NCBI RefSeq assembly: GCF_009914755.1
Contig: NC_060933.1
Source: the human T2T-CHM13v2.0 reference genome, Homo sapiens
Length of the DNA stretch: 64,000 nucleotides
Strand: one strand, 5' to 3'
A program made the translations under genes and the position numbers. The first letter of the stretch is position 1. Every line of letters starts with the position of its first letter. The notes beneath the pieces were generated by a model, which was not told the origin of the DNA, did no database searches, and was given only the letters and a program-made list of their open reading frames with translations. This document shows positions 1-15,339 of this stretch, one piece after another.

Positions 1-2402
1 TTCCATTCCATTCCTCTCCATTCCACTGCACTCGGGTTGATTCCATTCCATTGCATTCCATTCCATTCCATTCAATTCCATTCCTTTCCATTCCATTCCA
101 TTACATTCGGATTGATTCTATTCAACTCCCTTACTCTCCATTACTTTCCATTCCATTCGGGTTGTACCATTCCATTCCATTCCATTCCACTCCATTCCAT
201 TGCACTCGGGTTGATTCCATTCCATTCCATTCCATTCCATTCCATTCCATTCCATTCCGGAAGATTACATTCCATTGCATTCCATTCCATTCCGTTCCCC
301 TGCACTCGCGTTGATTCCATTCCATTCCATTCTATTCCATTCCATTCCCTTCCTTTCCGTTCCATTGCATTCCATTCCATTCCATTCCGTTCCGTTCCAT
401 TCCATTCCATTCCATTCTATTCGGGTTAATTCCATTCCATTCCATTCGATTGCAATCGAGTTGATTCCATTCCATTCCATTCCATTCCAATCCATTCCAT
501 TCCTTTCCATTCCATTACGGATGATTCCATTCCATTGCATTCCATTCCATTCCATTCCCCTGCACTCGGGTTGATTCCATTCCATTCCATTCCATTACAT
601 TCCGTTCCATTCCATTCCATTCCATTCGGATTGATTCTATTCAATTCCCTTACACTCCATTACATTCCATTCCATTCGGGTAGTTTCCATTCCATTCCAT
701 TCCATTCTATTCCATTCCATTCCCTTCCTTTCCGTTCCATTCCATTCCATTCCATTCCATTCCGTTCCGTTCCATTCCTTTCCATTCCATTCTATTCGGG
801 TTAATTCCATTCCATTCCATTCCATTCGATTCCATTCGATTGCACTCGGGTTGATTCCATTCCATTCCATTCCATTCCATTTCATTCCATTCCTTTCCAT
901 TACATTCGGATTGATTCTATTCAATTCCCTTACACTCCATTACATTCCATTCCATTCGGGATGTTTCCATTCCGTTCCATTCCATTCCACTCCATTCCAT
1001 TGCATCGGGTTGATTCCATTCCATTCCATTCCATTCCATTCCATTCCATTCCATTCCATTCCGGATGATTCCATTCCATTGCATTCCATTCCATTCCATT
1101 CCCCTGCACTCGGGTTGATTACATTCCATTCCCTTCCCTTCCATTCCTTTCCATTCCATTCCATTCCATTCCATTCTATTCGGGTGAATTCCATTCCATT
1201 CCATTCCATTCCATTCCATTCCATTCCATTCCATTCCATTCCCCTGCATTCGGGTTGATTCCATTCAATTCCATTCCATTAAATTCCATTCTATTCCATT
1301 CCGTTCCATTCCATTCCATTCCATTCCATTCCATTCCAATGGAGTTGATTCCATTCCGTTCCATTCCATTCCATTCCACTCCATTCCAGTCCTTTCCATT
1401 CCATTCCACTCGGGTTGATTCCATTCTATTCCTTTCCATTCCATTCCATTCCATTGCAATCAAGTTGATTCCACTGCATTGCATTCCATTCCATTCCATT
1501 CCATTCCGGATGATTCCATTCCATTGCATTCCATTCCATTCCATTCCCCTGCACTCGGGTTGATTCCATTCCATTCCACTCCATTCCGTTCCATTCCATT
1601 CCATTCCATTGTATTCGTGTTAATTCCATTCAATTCCATTCCATTCCATTCCATTCCATTCCATTACAATCGAGTTGATTCCATTCCATTCCATTCCATT
1701 CCATTCCAATCCATTCCACTCCATTCCTTTCCATTCTATTCCACTCGGGTTGATTCCATTCTATTAGTTTCCATTCCATTCCATTCCCTTCCAATCCACT
1801 CTGGTTGATTCCATTCCTTTCCATTCCACCCGAATACATTCCCTCCTATTCCACTCAGAACGATTCCATTCCATTCCATTCCATTCCATTCCATTCCATT
1901 TCGTTCCATTCCATTCTATTCCGTACCATTCCATTCCATTCCATTCCATTCCATTCCACTCGTGTTGATTCCATTCCTTTCCGTTCCATTCGGTTTGAAG
2001 CCATTCCATTCCATTCCATTCCGTTCCATTCCATTCCATTCCATTCCATTCCATTCCATTCCGTTCCATTCCATTCCATTACATTCGGATTGATTCTATT
2101 CAATTCCCTTACACTGCATTACATTCCATTCCATTCGGGTAGTTTCCATTCCATTCCATTCCATTCCTCTCCATTCCATTGAACTCGGGTTGATTCCATT
2201 TCATTGCATTCCATTCCATTCCATTCAATTCCATTCCGTTCCATTCCATTCCATTACATTCGGATTGATTCTATTCAACTCCCTTACTCTCCGTTACATT
2301 CCATTCCATTCGGGTTGTTCCATTCCATTCCATTCCATTCCACTCCATTCCATTGCACTCGGGTTTATTCCATTCCATTCCATTCCATTCCATTCCTTTC
2401 CA

Positions 2403-5400
2403 TTCCGGAAGATTCCATTCCATTGCATTCCATTCCATTCCATTCCCCTGCACTCGCGTTAATTCCATTCCATTCCATTCCATTCCATTCCCTTCAATTC
2501 CATTCCTTTCCGTTCCATTCCATTCCATTCCATTCCATTCCATTCCGTTCCGTTCCGTTCCATGCCATTCCATTCCATACTATTCGGGTTAATTCCATTC
2601 CATTCCATTCGATTGCAATCGAGTTGATTCCATTCCATTCCATTCCATTCCATTCCATTCCATTCCATTCCATTCCATTCCTTTCCATTCCATTATGGAT
2701 GATTCCATTCCATTGCATTCCATTCCATTCCATTCCCCTGTACTCGGGTTGATTCCATTCCATTCCATTCCAATCCATGCCATTCCACTCCTGTTGATTC
2801 CATTCTTTCCATTCCATTCAAGTTGAATCCATTCCAATGCATTCCATTCCATTCCATTCCCCTGCAGTCGGGTTGTTTCCATTCCATTCCATTCCATTCC
2901 ATTCCATTCCATTCCATTCCATTCCGTTCTGTTCCATTCCATTCCATTCCATTCTATTCGGGTTAATTCCATTCCATTCCATTCCATTCCATTCCATTCC
3001 ATTCCAATCGAGTTGATTCCATTCCATTCCATTCCACTCCATTCCAGTCCTTTCCATTCCATTCCACTCGGGTTGACTCCAGTGTATTCCTTTCCATTCC
3101 ATTCCATTCCATTGCAATCGAGTTGATTCCATTGCTTTGCATTCCATTCCATTCCATTCCATTCCGGATGATTCCATTCCATTGCATTCCATTCCATTCC
3201 ATTCCCCTGCATTCGGGTTGATTCCATTCCATTCCACTCCATTCCGTTCCATTCCATTCCATTGCATTGTATTCGGGTTAATTCCATTCCATTCCATTCC
3301 ATTCCATTCCTTTACAATCGAGTTGATCCCATTCCATTCCATTCCATTCCAGTCCTTTCCATTCCATTCCACTCGGGTTGATTCCATTCTATTAGTTTCC
3401 ATTCCATTCCATTCCCTTCCATTCCACTCTGGTTGATTCCATTCCTTTCCATTCCACTCGAATACATTGCCTCCTATTCCACTCGGAACGATTCCATTCC
3501 ATTCCATTCCATTCCATTCCATTCCATTCCATTCCATTCCATTCCATTTCGTTCCATTCCATTCTATTCCGTATCATTCCATTCCATTCCATTCCATTTC
3601 ATTCCATTCCATTCCATTCCATTCCATTCCATTCCATTTCATTCCATTCCATTCCATTCCATTCCATTCCATTGTACTCGGGTTGATTCAATTCCATTGC
3701 ATTCCGTTCCATTCCATTCCATTCCATTCCGTTGCATTCCATTCCATTACATTCGGATTGATTCTATTCAACTCCGTTACTCTCCATTCCATTCCATTCC
3801 ATTCGGGTTGTTCCATTCCATTCCATTCCATTCCACTCCATTACATTGCACTCGGGTTGATTCCATTCCATTCCATTCCATTCCATTCCATTCCATTCCG
3901 GATGATTCCATTCCATTGCATTCCGTTCCATTACATTCCCCTGCACTCGCGTTGATTCCATTCCATTCCATTCCTTTCCATTCCATTCCATTCCATTCCA
4001 TTCCATTACAATTCGTTCCATTCCATTCTATTCCGTACCATTCCATTCCATTCCATACCATTCCATTCCATTCCATTCCATTCCATTCCATTCCATTCTG
4101 TTCCGTTCCATTCCGTTCCATTCCATTCCATTCCATTCTATTGGGATTAATTCCATTCCATTCCATTCCATTCCATTCCATTCTATTCCATTCCATTGCA
4201 ATCGAGTTGAATCCATTGCATTTCATTCCATTCCATTCCATTCCATTCCATTCCGGAAGATTCCATTCCATTGCATTCCATTCCATTCCATTCCCCTGCA
4301 CTCGCGTTGATTCCATTCCATTCCATTCCATTCCATTCCGTTCCGTTCCATTCCATTCCATTCGATTCCATTCCATTACGTTCCGTTCCATTTCATTCCA
4401 TTCCAGTCTATTCGGGTTAATTCCATTCCATTCCATTCGATTGCAATCGAGTTGATTCCATTCCATTCCATTCCATTCCATTCCATTCCATTCCTTTCCA
4501 TTCCATTACGGATGATTCCATTCCATTGCATTCCATTCCATTCCATTCCCCTGTACTCGGGTTGATTCCATTCCATTCCATTCCAATCCATGCCATTCCA
4601 CTCGTGTTGATTCCGTTCTTTCCATTCCATTCAAGTTGAATCCATTCCATTGCATTCCAATCCATTCGATTCTATGCGATTGCACTCGGGTTGATTCCAT
4701 TCCATTGCATTCCATTCCATTCCATTCCATTCCATTCCATTCCGTTCCATTCCATTCCATTACATTCGGATTGATTCTATTCAATTCCCTTACACTCCAT
4801 TACATTCCATTCCATTCGGGTAGTTTCCATTCCATTCCATTCCATTCCTCTCCATTCCATTGCACTCGGGTTGATTCCTTTCCATTGCATTCCATTCCAT
4901 TCCATTCAATTCCATTCCGTTCCATTCCATTCCATTACATTCGGATTGATTCTATTCAACTCCCTTACTCTCCATTCCATTCCATTCCATTCGGGTTGTT
5001 CCCTTCCATTCCATTCCATTCCACTCCATTCCATTGCACTCGGGTTGATTCCATTCCATTCCATTCCATTCCATTCCATTCCGGAAGATTCCATTCCATT
5101 GCATTCCATTCCATTCCATTCCCCTGCACTCGCGTTGATTCCATTCCATTCCATTCTATTCCGTTCCATTCCCTTCCTTTCCGTTCCATTCCATTCCATT
5201 CCATTCCATTCCATTCCATTCCGTTCCGTTCCATTCCATTCCATTCCATTCTATTCGGGTCAATTCCATTCCATTCCATTCGATTGCAATCGAGTTGATT
5301 CCATTCCATTCCATTCCGTTCCATTCCATTCCATTCCTTTCCATTCCATTACGGATGATTCCATTCCATTGCATTGCATTCCATTCCATTCCCCTATACT

Positions 5401-8400
5401 CGGGTTGATTCCATTCCATTCCATTCCAATCCATGCCATTCCACTCGTGTTGATTCCATTCTTTCCATTCCATTCAAGTTGAATCCATTCCATTGCATTC
5501 CATTCCATTCGATTCCATTCGATTGCACTCGGGTTGATTCCATTCCATTGCATTCCATTCCATTCCATTACATTCCATTCCATTCCGTTCAATTCCATTT
5601 CATTACATTCAGATTGATTCTATTCAATTCCCTTACACTCCATTATATTCCAATCCATTCTGGTTGTCTCCATTCCATTCCATTCCATTTCACTCCATTC
5701 CATTGCGCTCAGGTTGATTCCATTCCATTCCATTCCATTCCATTCCGGATGATTCCATTCCATTGCATTCCGTTCCATTACATTCCCCTGCACTCGGGTT
5801 GATTCCATTCCATTCCATTCCATTCCATTCGATTCCATTCCATTCCAATTCTTTCCATTCCATTCTATTCCGTAGCATTCCATTCCATTCCAAACAATTC
5901 CATTCCATTCCATTCCACTCCTTTCCGTTCTGTTCTGTTCTGTTCCGTTCCATTCCATTCCATTCCATTCTATTCGGTTTAATTCCATTCCATTCCATTC
6001 CATTCCATTCCATTCCATTCTATTCCATTCCATTGCAATCGAGTTGACTCCATTGCATTCCATTCCATTCCATTCCATTCCATTCCATTCCATTCCATTC
6101 CGGAAGATTCCTTTATATTGCATTCCATTCCATTCCATTCCATTCCATTCCATTCCATTCCATTCCATTCCATTGTACTCGGGTTCATTCCATTCCATTG
6201 CATTGTATTCCATTCCATTCCATTCCATTCCATTCCTTTCCATTCCATTCCATTACATTCGGATTGATTCTTTTCAACTCCCTTACTCTCCATTACATTC
6301 CATTCCATTCGGGTTGTTCCATTCCATTCCATTCCATTCCACTCCATTCCATTGCACTCGGGTTGATTCCATTCCATTGCATTCCGTTCTATTACATTCC
6401 CCTGCACTCGGGTTGATTCCATTCCATTCCTTTCCATTCCATTCGATTCCATTCCATTCCCCTACACTCGCGTTGATTCCATTCCATTCCATTCCATTCC
6501 ATTCCATTCCATTCCATTCCATTCCTTTCCGTTCCATTCCATTCCATTCCATTCCATTCCATCCCGTTCCGTTCCCTTCCATTGCATTCCATTCTATTCG
6601 GGTTAATTCCATTCCATTCCATTCGATTGCAATCGAGTTGATTCCATTCCATTCCATTCCATTCCATTCCATTCCATTCCAGTCCTTTCCATTCCTTTCC
6701 ATTCCATTACTGATGATTCCATTGCATTGCATTCAATTCCATTCCATTCCCCTGTACTCGGGTTGATTCCATTCCATTCCATTGCAATCCATGCCATTCC
6801 ACTCGTGTTGATTCCATTCTTTCCTTTCCATTCAAGTTGAATCCATTCCATTGCATTCCATTCCATTCGATTCCATTCGATTGCACTCGGGTTGATTCCA
6901 TTCCATTGAATTCCATTCCATTCCATTACATTCCATTCCGTTCCATTCCATTTCATTACATTCAGATTGATTCTATTCAATTCCCTTACACTCCATTATA
7001 TTCCAATCCATTCTGGTTGTTTCCATTCCATTCCATTCCATTTCACTCCATTCCATTGCACTCGGGTTGATTCCATTCCATTCCATTCCACTGTATTCCA
7101 TTCCATTCCATTCCGGATGATTCCATTCCATTGCATTCCATTCCATTCCATTCCCCTGCACTCGGGTTGATTCCATTCCATTCCACTCCATTCCGTTCCA
7201 TTCCATTCCATTCCATTGTATTCGTGTTAATTCCATTCAATTCCATTCCATTCCATTCCATTCCATTCCATTACAATCGAGTTGATTCCATTCCATTCCA
7301 TTCCATTCCATTCCATTCCATTCCATTCCACTCCATTCCTTTCCATTCTATTCCACTCGGGTTGATTCCATTCTATTAGTTTCCATTCCATTCCATTCCC
7401 TTCCAATCCACTCTGGTTGATTCCATTCCTTTCCATTCCACCCGAATACATTCCCTCCTATTCCACTCGGAACGATTCCATTCCATTCCATTCCATTCCA
7501 TTCCATTCCATTTCGTTCCATTCCATTCTATTCCGTACCATTCCATTCCATTCCATTCCATTCCATTCCACTCGTGTTGATTCCATTCCTTTCCGTTCCA
7601 TTCGGTTTGAAGCCATTCCATTCCATTCAATTCCATTCCATTCCATTCCATTCCATTCCATTCCATTCCATTCCATTCCATTTCATTCCATTGTACTCGT
7701 GTTGATTCCATTCCATTGCATTCCATTCCATTCCATTCAATCCCATTCCGTTGCATTCCATTCCATTACATTCGGATTGATTCTATTCATCTCCCTTACT
7801 CTCAATTACATTCCTTTCCATTCGGATTGATTGTATTCAACTCCCTTACACTCCATTACATTCCATTCCATTCGGGTTGTTCCATTCCATTCCATTCCAT
7901 TCCACTCCATTCCATTCCATTCCACTCCATTCCATTGCACTCGGGTTGATTCCTTTCCATTCCATTCCATTCCATTCCATTCCATTCCGGATGATTCCAT
8001 TCCATTGCATTCCGTTCTATTACATTCCCCTGCACTCGCGTTGATTCCATTCCATTCCATTCCATTCCATTCGATTCCATTCCATTACAATTCGTTCCAT
8101 TCCATTCTATTCCGTACCATTCCATTCCATTCCATACCATTCCATTCCATTCCATTCCATTCCATTCCATTCCGTTCCATTCCGTTCCATTCCATTCCAT
8201 TCCATTCTCTTAGGGTTAATTCCATTCCATTCCATTCCATTCCATTCTATTCCATTCCATTGCAATCGAGTTGAATCCATTGCATTCCATTCCATTCCAT
8301 TCCATTCCGGAAGATTCCATTCCATTGCATTCCATTCCATTCCATTCCCCTGCACTCACGTTGATTCCATTCCATTCCATTCCATTCCATTCCATTCCAT

Positions 8401-11400
8401 TCTGTTCCGTTCCATTCCATTCCATTCCATTCCATTCCATTCCGTTACGTTCCATTCCATTCCATTCCATTCTATTCGGGTTAATTCCATTCCATTCCAT
8501 TCGATTGCAATGGAGTTCATTCCATTCCATTCCATTCCATTCCATTCCTTTCCATTCCATTACGGATGATTCCATTCCATTGCATTCCATTCCATTCCAT
8601 TCTCCTGTACTCGGGTTGATTCCATTCCATTCCATTCCAATCCATGCCATTCCACTCGTGTTGATTCCTTTCTTTCCATTCCATTCAATTTGAATCCATT
8701 CCATTGCATTACATTCCATTCGATTCCACTCGATTGCACTCGGGTTGATTCCATTCCATTCCATTCCATTCCATTCCATTCCGTTCCGTTCCATTACATT
8801 CCATTACATTCGGATTGATTCTATTCAATTCCCTTACACTCCATTACATTCCATTCCATTCGGGTAGTTTCCATTCCATTCCATTCCGTTCCTCTCCATT
8901 CCATTGCACTCGGGTTGATTCCGTTCCATTCCATTCCATTCCATTCCATTCCATTCCATTCCATTCCGGATGATTCCATTCCATTGAATTCCATTCCATT
9001 CCATTCCCCTGCACTTGGGTTGATTCCATTCCATTCCATTCCATTCCTTTCCGTTCCATTCCATTCCATTCCATTCCATTCTATTCGTGTTAATTCCATT
9101 CCATTCTATTCCATTCCATTCCATTGAAATCGAGTTGATTCCATTCCATTCCATTCCTTTCCATTCCGGATGATTCCATTCCATTGCATTCCATTCCATT
9201 CCATTCCCCTGTACTCGGGTTGAATCGATTCCATTCCATTCCATTCCATTCCATTACATTCCGTTCCATTCCATTCCATTCCATTCTATTCGGGTTTATT
9301 CCATTCCATTCCATTCCACTCCATTCCAGTCCTTTGCATTCCATTCCACTCGGGTTGATTCCTTTCTATTCCTTTCCATTCCATTGCATTCCATTGCAAT
9401 CGAGTTGATTCCATTCGAGTTGAATCCATTCCATTCCATTCCATTCCATTGCATTGCACACGGGTTCATTCCATTCCATTCCATTCCATTCCATTCCATT
9501 CCATTCCATTCCATTCCATTTCATTCCATTCCATTCTATTCCGTACCATTCCATTCCATCCCATTCCATTCCATTCCATTCCATTCCATTTCATTCCATT
9601 CCATTCTATTCCGTACCATTCCATTCCATCCCATTCCATTCCATTCCATTCCATGCCATTACACTCGGGTTGATTCCATTCCTTTCCATTCCATTCTTGT
9701 TGAATCCATTCCATTTCATTCGAATCCATTCCATTGTACTCGGGTTGATTCCATTCCATTCCATTCCATTCCATTCCATTCCATTCCATTACATTCGGAT
9801 TGATTCTATTCAATTTCCTTACACTCCATTACATTCCATTCCATTCGGGATGTTTCCATTCCATTCCATTCCATTCCACTCCATTCCATTGCACTCGGGT
9901 TGATTGCATTCCATTCCATTCCATTCCATTCCGGATGATTCCATTCCATTGCATTCCATTGCATTCCATCCCCCTGCACTCGGGTTGATTACATTCCATT
10001 CCATTCCCTTCCATTCCCTTCCATTCCATTCCATTCCATTGCAATCGAGTTGATTCCATTCCATTCCATTCCATTCCATTCCATTCCATTCCATTGCATT
10101 CCATTCCATTCCATTCCGGATGATTGCATTCCATTGCATTCCATTCCATTCCATTCCCCTGCACTCGGGTTGATTCCATTCCATTCCACTCCATTCCGTT
10201 CCATTCCATTCCATTCCGTTGTATTCGGGTTAATTCCATTCCATTCCATTCCATTCCATGCCATTCCATTCCAGTCATTTCCATTCCATTCCACTCGGGT
10301 TGGTTCCATTCTATTAGTTTCCATTCCATTCCTTTCCCTTCCATTCCACTCTGGTTGATTCCATTCCTTTCCATTCCACTCGAATACATTCCCTCCTATT
10401 CCACTCGGAACGATTCCATTCCATTCCATTCCATTCCACTCCATTTCGTTCCATTCCATTCTATTCCGTACCATTCCATTCCATTCCTTTCCATTCCATT
10501 CCATTCCACTCGTGTTGATTCCATTCCTTTCCATTCCATTCGGTTTGAAGGCATTCCAATCCATTCAATTGCATTCCATTCCATTCCATTCCATTCCATT
10601 CCATTCCATTCCATTCCATTGTATTCGGGTTGATTCCATTCCATTGCATTCCATTCCATTCCATTCCATTCCATTCCGTTGCATTCCATTCCATTACATT
10701 CGGATTGATTCTATTCAACTCCCTTACTCTCCATTACATTCCATTCCATTCCGGTTGTTCCATTCCATTCCATTCCATTCCACTCCATTCCATTGCACTC
10801 GGGTTGATTCCATTCCATTCCATTCCATTCCATTCCGGATGATTCCATTCCATTGCATTCCGTTCCATTACAATCCCCTGCACTCGCGTTGATTCCATTC
10901 CATTCCATTCCATTCCATTCAATTCCATTCCATTACAATTCGTTCCATTCCATTCTATTCCGTATCATTCCATTCCATTCCATAAAATTCCATTCCATTC
11001 CATTCCGTTCCATTCCGTTCCATTCCATTCCATTCCATTCTATTCGGTTAATTCCATTCCATTCCATTCCCTTCCATTCCATTCTATTCCATTCCATTGC
11101 AATCGAGTTGAATCCATTGCATTTCATTCCATTCCATTCCATTCCATTCCGGAAGATTCCATTCCATTGCATTCCATTCCATTCCATTCCCCTGCACTCG
11201 CGTTGATTCCATTCCATTCCATTCCATTCCATTCCATTCCGTTCCGTTCCGTTCCGTTCCGTTCCGTTCCATTCCATTCCATTCCATTCCATTCCATTCC
11301 GTTCCGATCCATTCCATTCCGTTCCATTCTATTTGGGTTAATTCCATTCCATTCCATTCGATTGCAATCGAGTTGATTCCATTCCATTCCATTCCATTCC

Positions 11401-14400
11401 ATTCCATTCCATTCCATTCCTTTCCATTCCATTACGGATGATTCCATTCCATTGCATTCCATTCCATTCCATTCACCTGTACTCGGGTTGATTCCATTGC
11501 ATTCCATTCCAATCCATGCCATTCCACTCGTGTTGATTCCATTCTTTCCATTCCATTGAAGTTGAATCCATTCCATTGCATTGCATTCCATTCGATTCCA
11601 TTCGATTGCACTCGGGTTGATTCCATTCCATTCCATTCCATTCCATTCCATTCCATTCCGTTCCATTCCATTCCATTACATTCGGATTGATTCTATTCAA
11701 TTCCCTTACACTCCATTACATTCCATTCCATTCGGGTAGTTTCCATTCCATTCCATTCCATTCCTCTCCATTCCATTGCACTCGGGTTGATTCCATTCCA
11801 TTGCATTCCATTCCATTCCATTCAATTCCATTCCGTTCCATTCCATTCCATTACAATCGGAATAATTCTATTCAACTCCCTTACTCTCCATTACATTCCA
11901 TTCCATTCGGGTTGTTCCATTCCATTCCATTCCATTCCACTCCATTCCATTGCACTCGGGTTGATTCCATTCCATTCCATTCCATTCCATTCCGGAAGAT
12001 TCCATTCCATTCCATTCCATTCCATTCCATTCCGTTCCTTTCCGTTCCATTCCATTCCATTCCATTCCATTCCGTTCCGTTCCGTTCCGTTCCATTCCAT
12101 TCCATTCCATTCTATTCGGGTTAATTCCATTCCATTCCATTCGATTGCAATCGAGTTGATTCCATTCCATTCCATTCCATTCCATTCCATTCCATTCCAT
12201 TCCTTTCCATTCCATTACGGATGATTCCATTCCATTGCATTGCATTCCATTCCATTCGATTCCCCTGTACTCGGGTTGATTCCATTCCATTCCATTCCAA
12301 TCCATGCCATTCCACTCGTGTTGATTCCATTCTTTCCATTCCATTGAAGTTGAATCCATTCCATTGCATTTCATTCCATTCAATTCCCCTGCAGTCGGGT
12401 TGATTCCATTCCATTCCATTCCATTCCATTCCATTCCATTCCGTTCCATTTAATTCCATTCCATTCTATTCGGGTTAATTCCATTCCATTCCATTCCATT
12501 CCATTCCATTCCATTCCATTCCAATCGAGTTGATTCCATTCCATTCCATTCCATTCCATTCCACTCCATTCCAGTCCTTTCCATTCCATTACACTCGGGT
12601 TGATTCCATTCTATTCCTTTCCATTCCATTCCATTGCATTGCAATCGGGTTGATTCCATTGCTTTGCATTCCATTCCATTCCATTCCATTCCGGATGATT
12701 CCATTCCATTGCATTCCATTCCATTCCATTCCCCTGCACTCGGGTTGATTCCATTCCATTCCACTCCATTCCGCTCCATTCCATTCCATTCCATTGTATT
12801 CGGGTTAATTTCATTCCATTGCATTCCATTCCATTCCATTCCATTCCATTCCATTCCATTCCATTCCATTTCAATCGAGTTGATTCCATTCCATTCCATT
12901 CCATTCCATTCCATTCCTTTCCATTCCTTTCCACTCTGGTTGATTCCATTCTATTAGTTTCCATTCCATTCCATTCCCTTCCATTCCACTCTGGTTGATT
13001 CCATTCCTTTCCATTCCACTCGAATACATTCCCTCCTATTCCACTCGGAACGATTCCATTCCATTCCATTCCATTCCATTCCATTCCATTCCATTCCATT
13101 CCATTGCGGTTCGTTCGATTCCATTCTATTCCGTACCATTCCATTCCATTCCATTCCTTTCCATTCCATTCCTTTCCACTCGTGTTGATTCCATTCCTTT
13201 CCATTCCATTCGGTTTGAAGGCATTCCATTCCATTCAATTCCATTCCATTCCATTCCATTCCATTCCATTCTATTCCATTCCATTGCAATCGAGTTGAAC
13301 CCATTGCCTTTCATTCCATTCCATTCCATTCCATTCCATTCAAGAAGATTCCATTCCATTGCATTCCATTCCATTCCATTCCCCTGCACTCGCGTTGATT
13401 CCATTGTATTCCATTCCATTCCATTCCGTTCCGTTCCATTCCATTCCATTCCATTCCATTCCGTTCCGTTCCATTCCATTCCATTCCGTTCCGTTCCATT
13501 CCATTCCATTCCATTCTATTCGGGTAAATTCCATTCCATTCCATTCGATTGCCATCGAGTTGATTCCATTCCATTCCATTCCATTCCATTGCAATGGAGT
13601 TGATTCCATTCCATTCCATTCCATTCCGGATGATTCCATTCCATTGCATTCCATTCCATTCCATTCCCCTGCACTCGTGTTGATTCCATTCCCTTCCATT
13701 CCATTCCATTCCGTTCCATTCCATTCCATTCCATTCTATTCCGGTTAATTCCATTCCATTCCATTCCATTCCATTGCAATCGAGTTGATTCCATTCCATT
13801 CCTTTCCATTCCATTCCATTGCCTTGCATTCCACTCGGGTTGATTCCATTCCCTTCTTTCCACTCCATTACATTCCCTTCCATGATTGATTCCATTCCAT
13901 TCCATTCCATTCCATTTCATTCCATTGCAATCCATTCCAATCCATTCCATTCCACTCGAGTTGACTTCATTCCAATCCTTTCCATTCCATTCCATTCCTT
14001 TCCACTCGAGTTGATTCCATTCCATTCCAATCCATTGCATTCCATTCCATGCCATTCCACTCGGGTTGATTCCATTCCTTTGCATTCCATTCCATTCATT
14101 CCATTCCACTCCATTCCATTGCACTCGGGTTGATTCCATTCCATTCCATTCCATTCCGCATGATTCCATTCCATTGCATTCCGTTCCATTACATTCCCCT
14201 GCACTCGCGTTGATTCCATTCCATTCCATTCCATTCCATTCAATTCCATTCCATTATAATTCGTTCCATTCCATTCTATTCCGTACCATTCCATTCCATT
14301 CCATACCATTCCATTCCATTCCATTCCATTCCATTCCATTCCATTCCATTCCGCTCCATTCTGTTCCATTCCATTCCATTCCATTCTATTCGGGTTAATT

Positions 14401-15339
14401 CCATTCCATTCTATTCCATTCCATTGCAATCGAGTTGAATCCATTGCATTTCATTCCATTCCATTGCATTCCATTCCATTCCGGAAGATTCCATTCCATT
14501 GCATTCCATTACATTCCATTCCCCTGCACTCGCTTTGATTCCATTCCATTCCATTCCATTCCTTTCCATTCCGTTCCGTTCCGTTCCATTCCATTCCATT
14601 CCATTCCATTCCATTCCATTCCGTTCCGTTCCATTCCATTCCATTCCATTCTATTCTGGTTAATTCCATTCCATTCCATGCGATTGCAATCGTGTTGATT
14701 CCATTCCATTCCATTCCATTCCATTCCATTCCATTCCATTCCATTCCATTCCTTTCCATTCCATTACGGATGATTCCATTCCATTGCATTCCATTCCATT
14801 CCATTCCCCTGTACTCGAGTTGATTCCATTCCATTGCATTCCAATGCATGCCCTTCCACACGTGTTGATTCCATTCTTTCCATTCCATTCCATTTGAATC
14901 CATTCCATTGCATTCCATTCCATTCGATTCCATTCGATTGCACTCGGGTTGATTCCATTCCATTGCATTCCATTCCATTCCATTCCATTCCATTCCATTC
15001 CGTTCCGTTCCATTCCATTCCATTACATTCGGATTGATTCTATTCAATTCCCTTACACTCCATTACATTCCATTCCATTCGGGTAGTTTCCATTCCATTC
15101 CATTCCATTCCTCTCCATTCCATTGCACTCGGGTTGATTCCATTCCATTCAATTCCATTCCGTTCCATTCCATTCCATTACATTCGGATTGACTCTATTC
15201 AACTCCCTTACTCTCCATTACATTCCATTCCATTCGGGTTGTTCCATTCCATTCCATTCCATTCCACTCCATTCCATTGCACTCGTGTTTATTCCATTCC
15301 ATTCCATTCCATTCCATTCCATTCCATTCCGGAAGATTC
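2403..15339. promoter_or_regulatory. Cluster of 10 perfect three-unit heat-shock-element matches (TTCnnGAAnnTTC); candidate HSF1/HSF2 sites
   Basis: 13-mers start at 2403, 4251, 5079, 6098, 8305, 11147, 11990, 13339 (TTCAAGAAGATTC), 14479, 15327. An imperfect copy lies at 255 (..GATTA). The motif match is seen directly; binding is inferred from the known HSE consensus and known HSF1 binding to satellite III. Confidence 0.55.
9511..9650 (+). repeat. Perfect 70-bp tandem duplication
   Basis: TTTCATTCC..CTATTCCGTACCATTCCATTCCATCCC occurs twice, 70 bp apart. The paralogue at ~49050-49110 has one copy. Confidence 0.9.
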
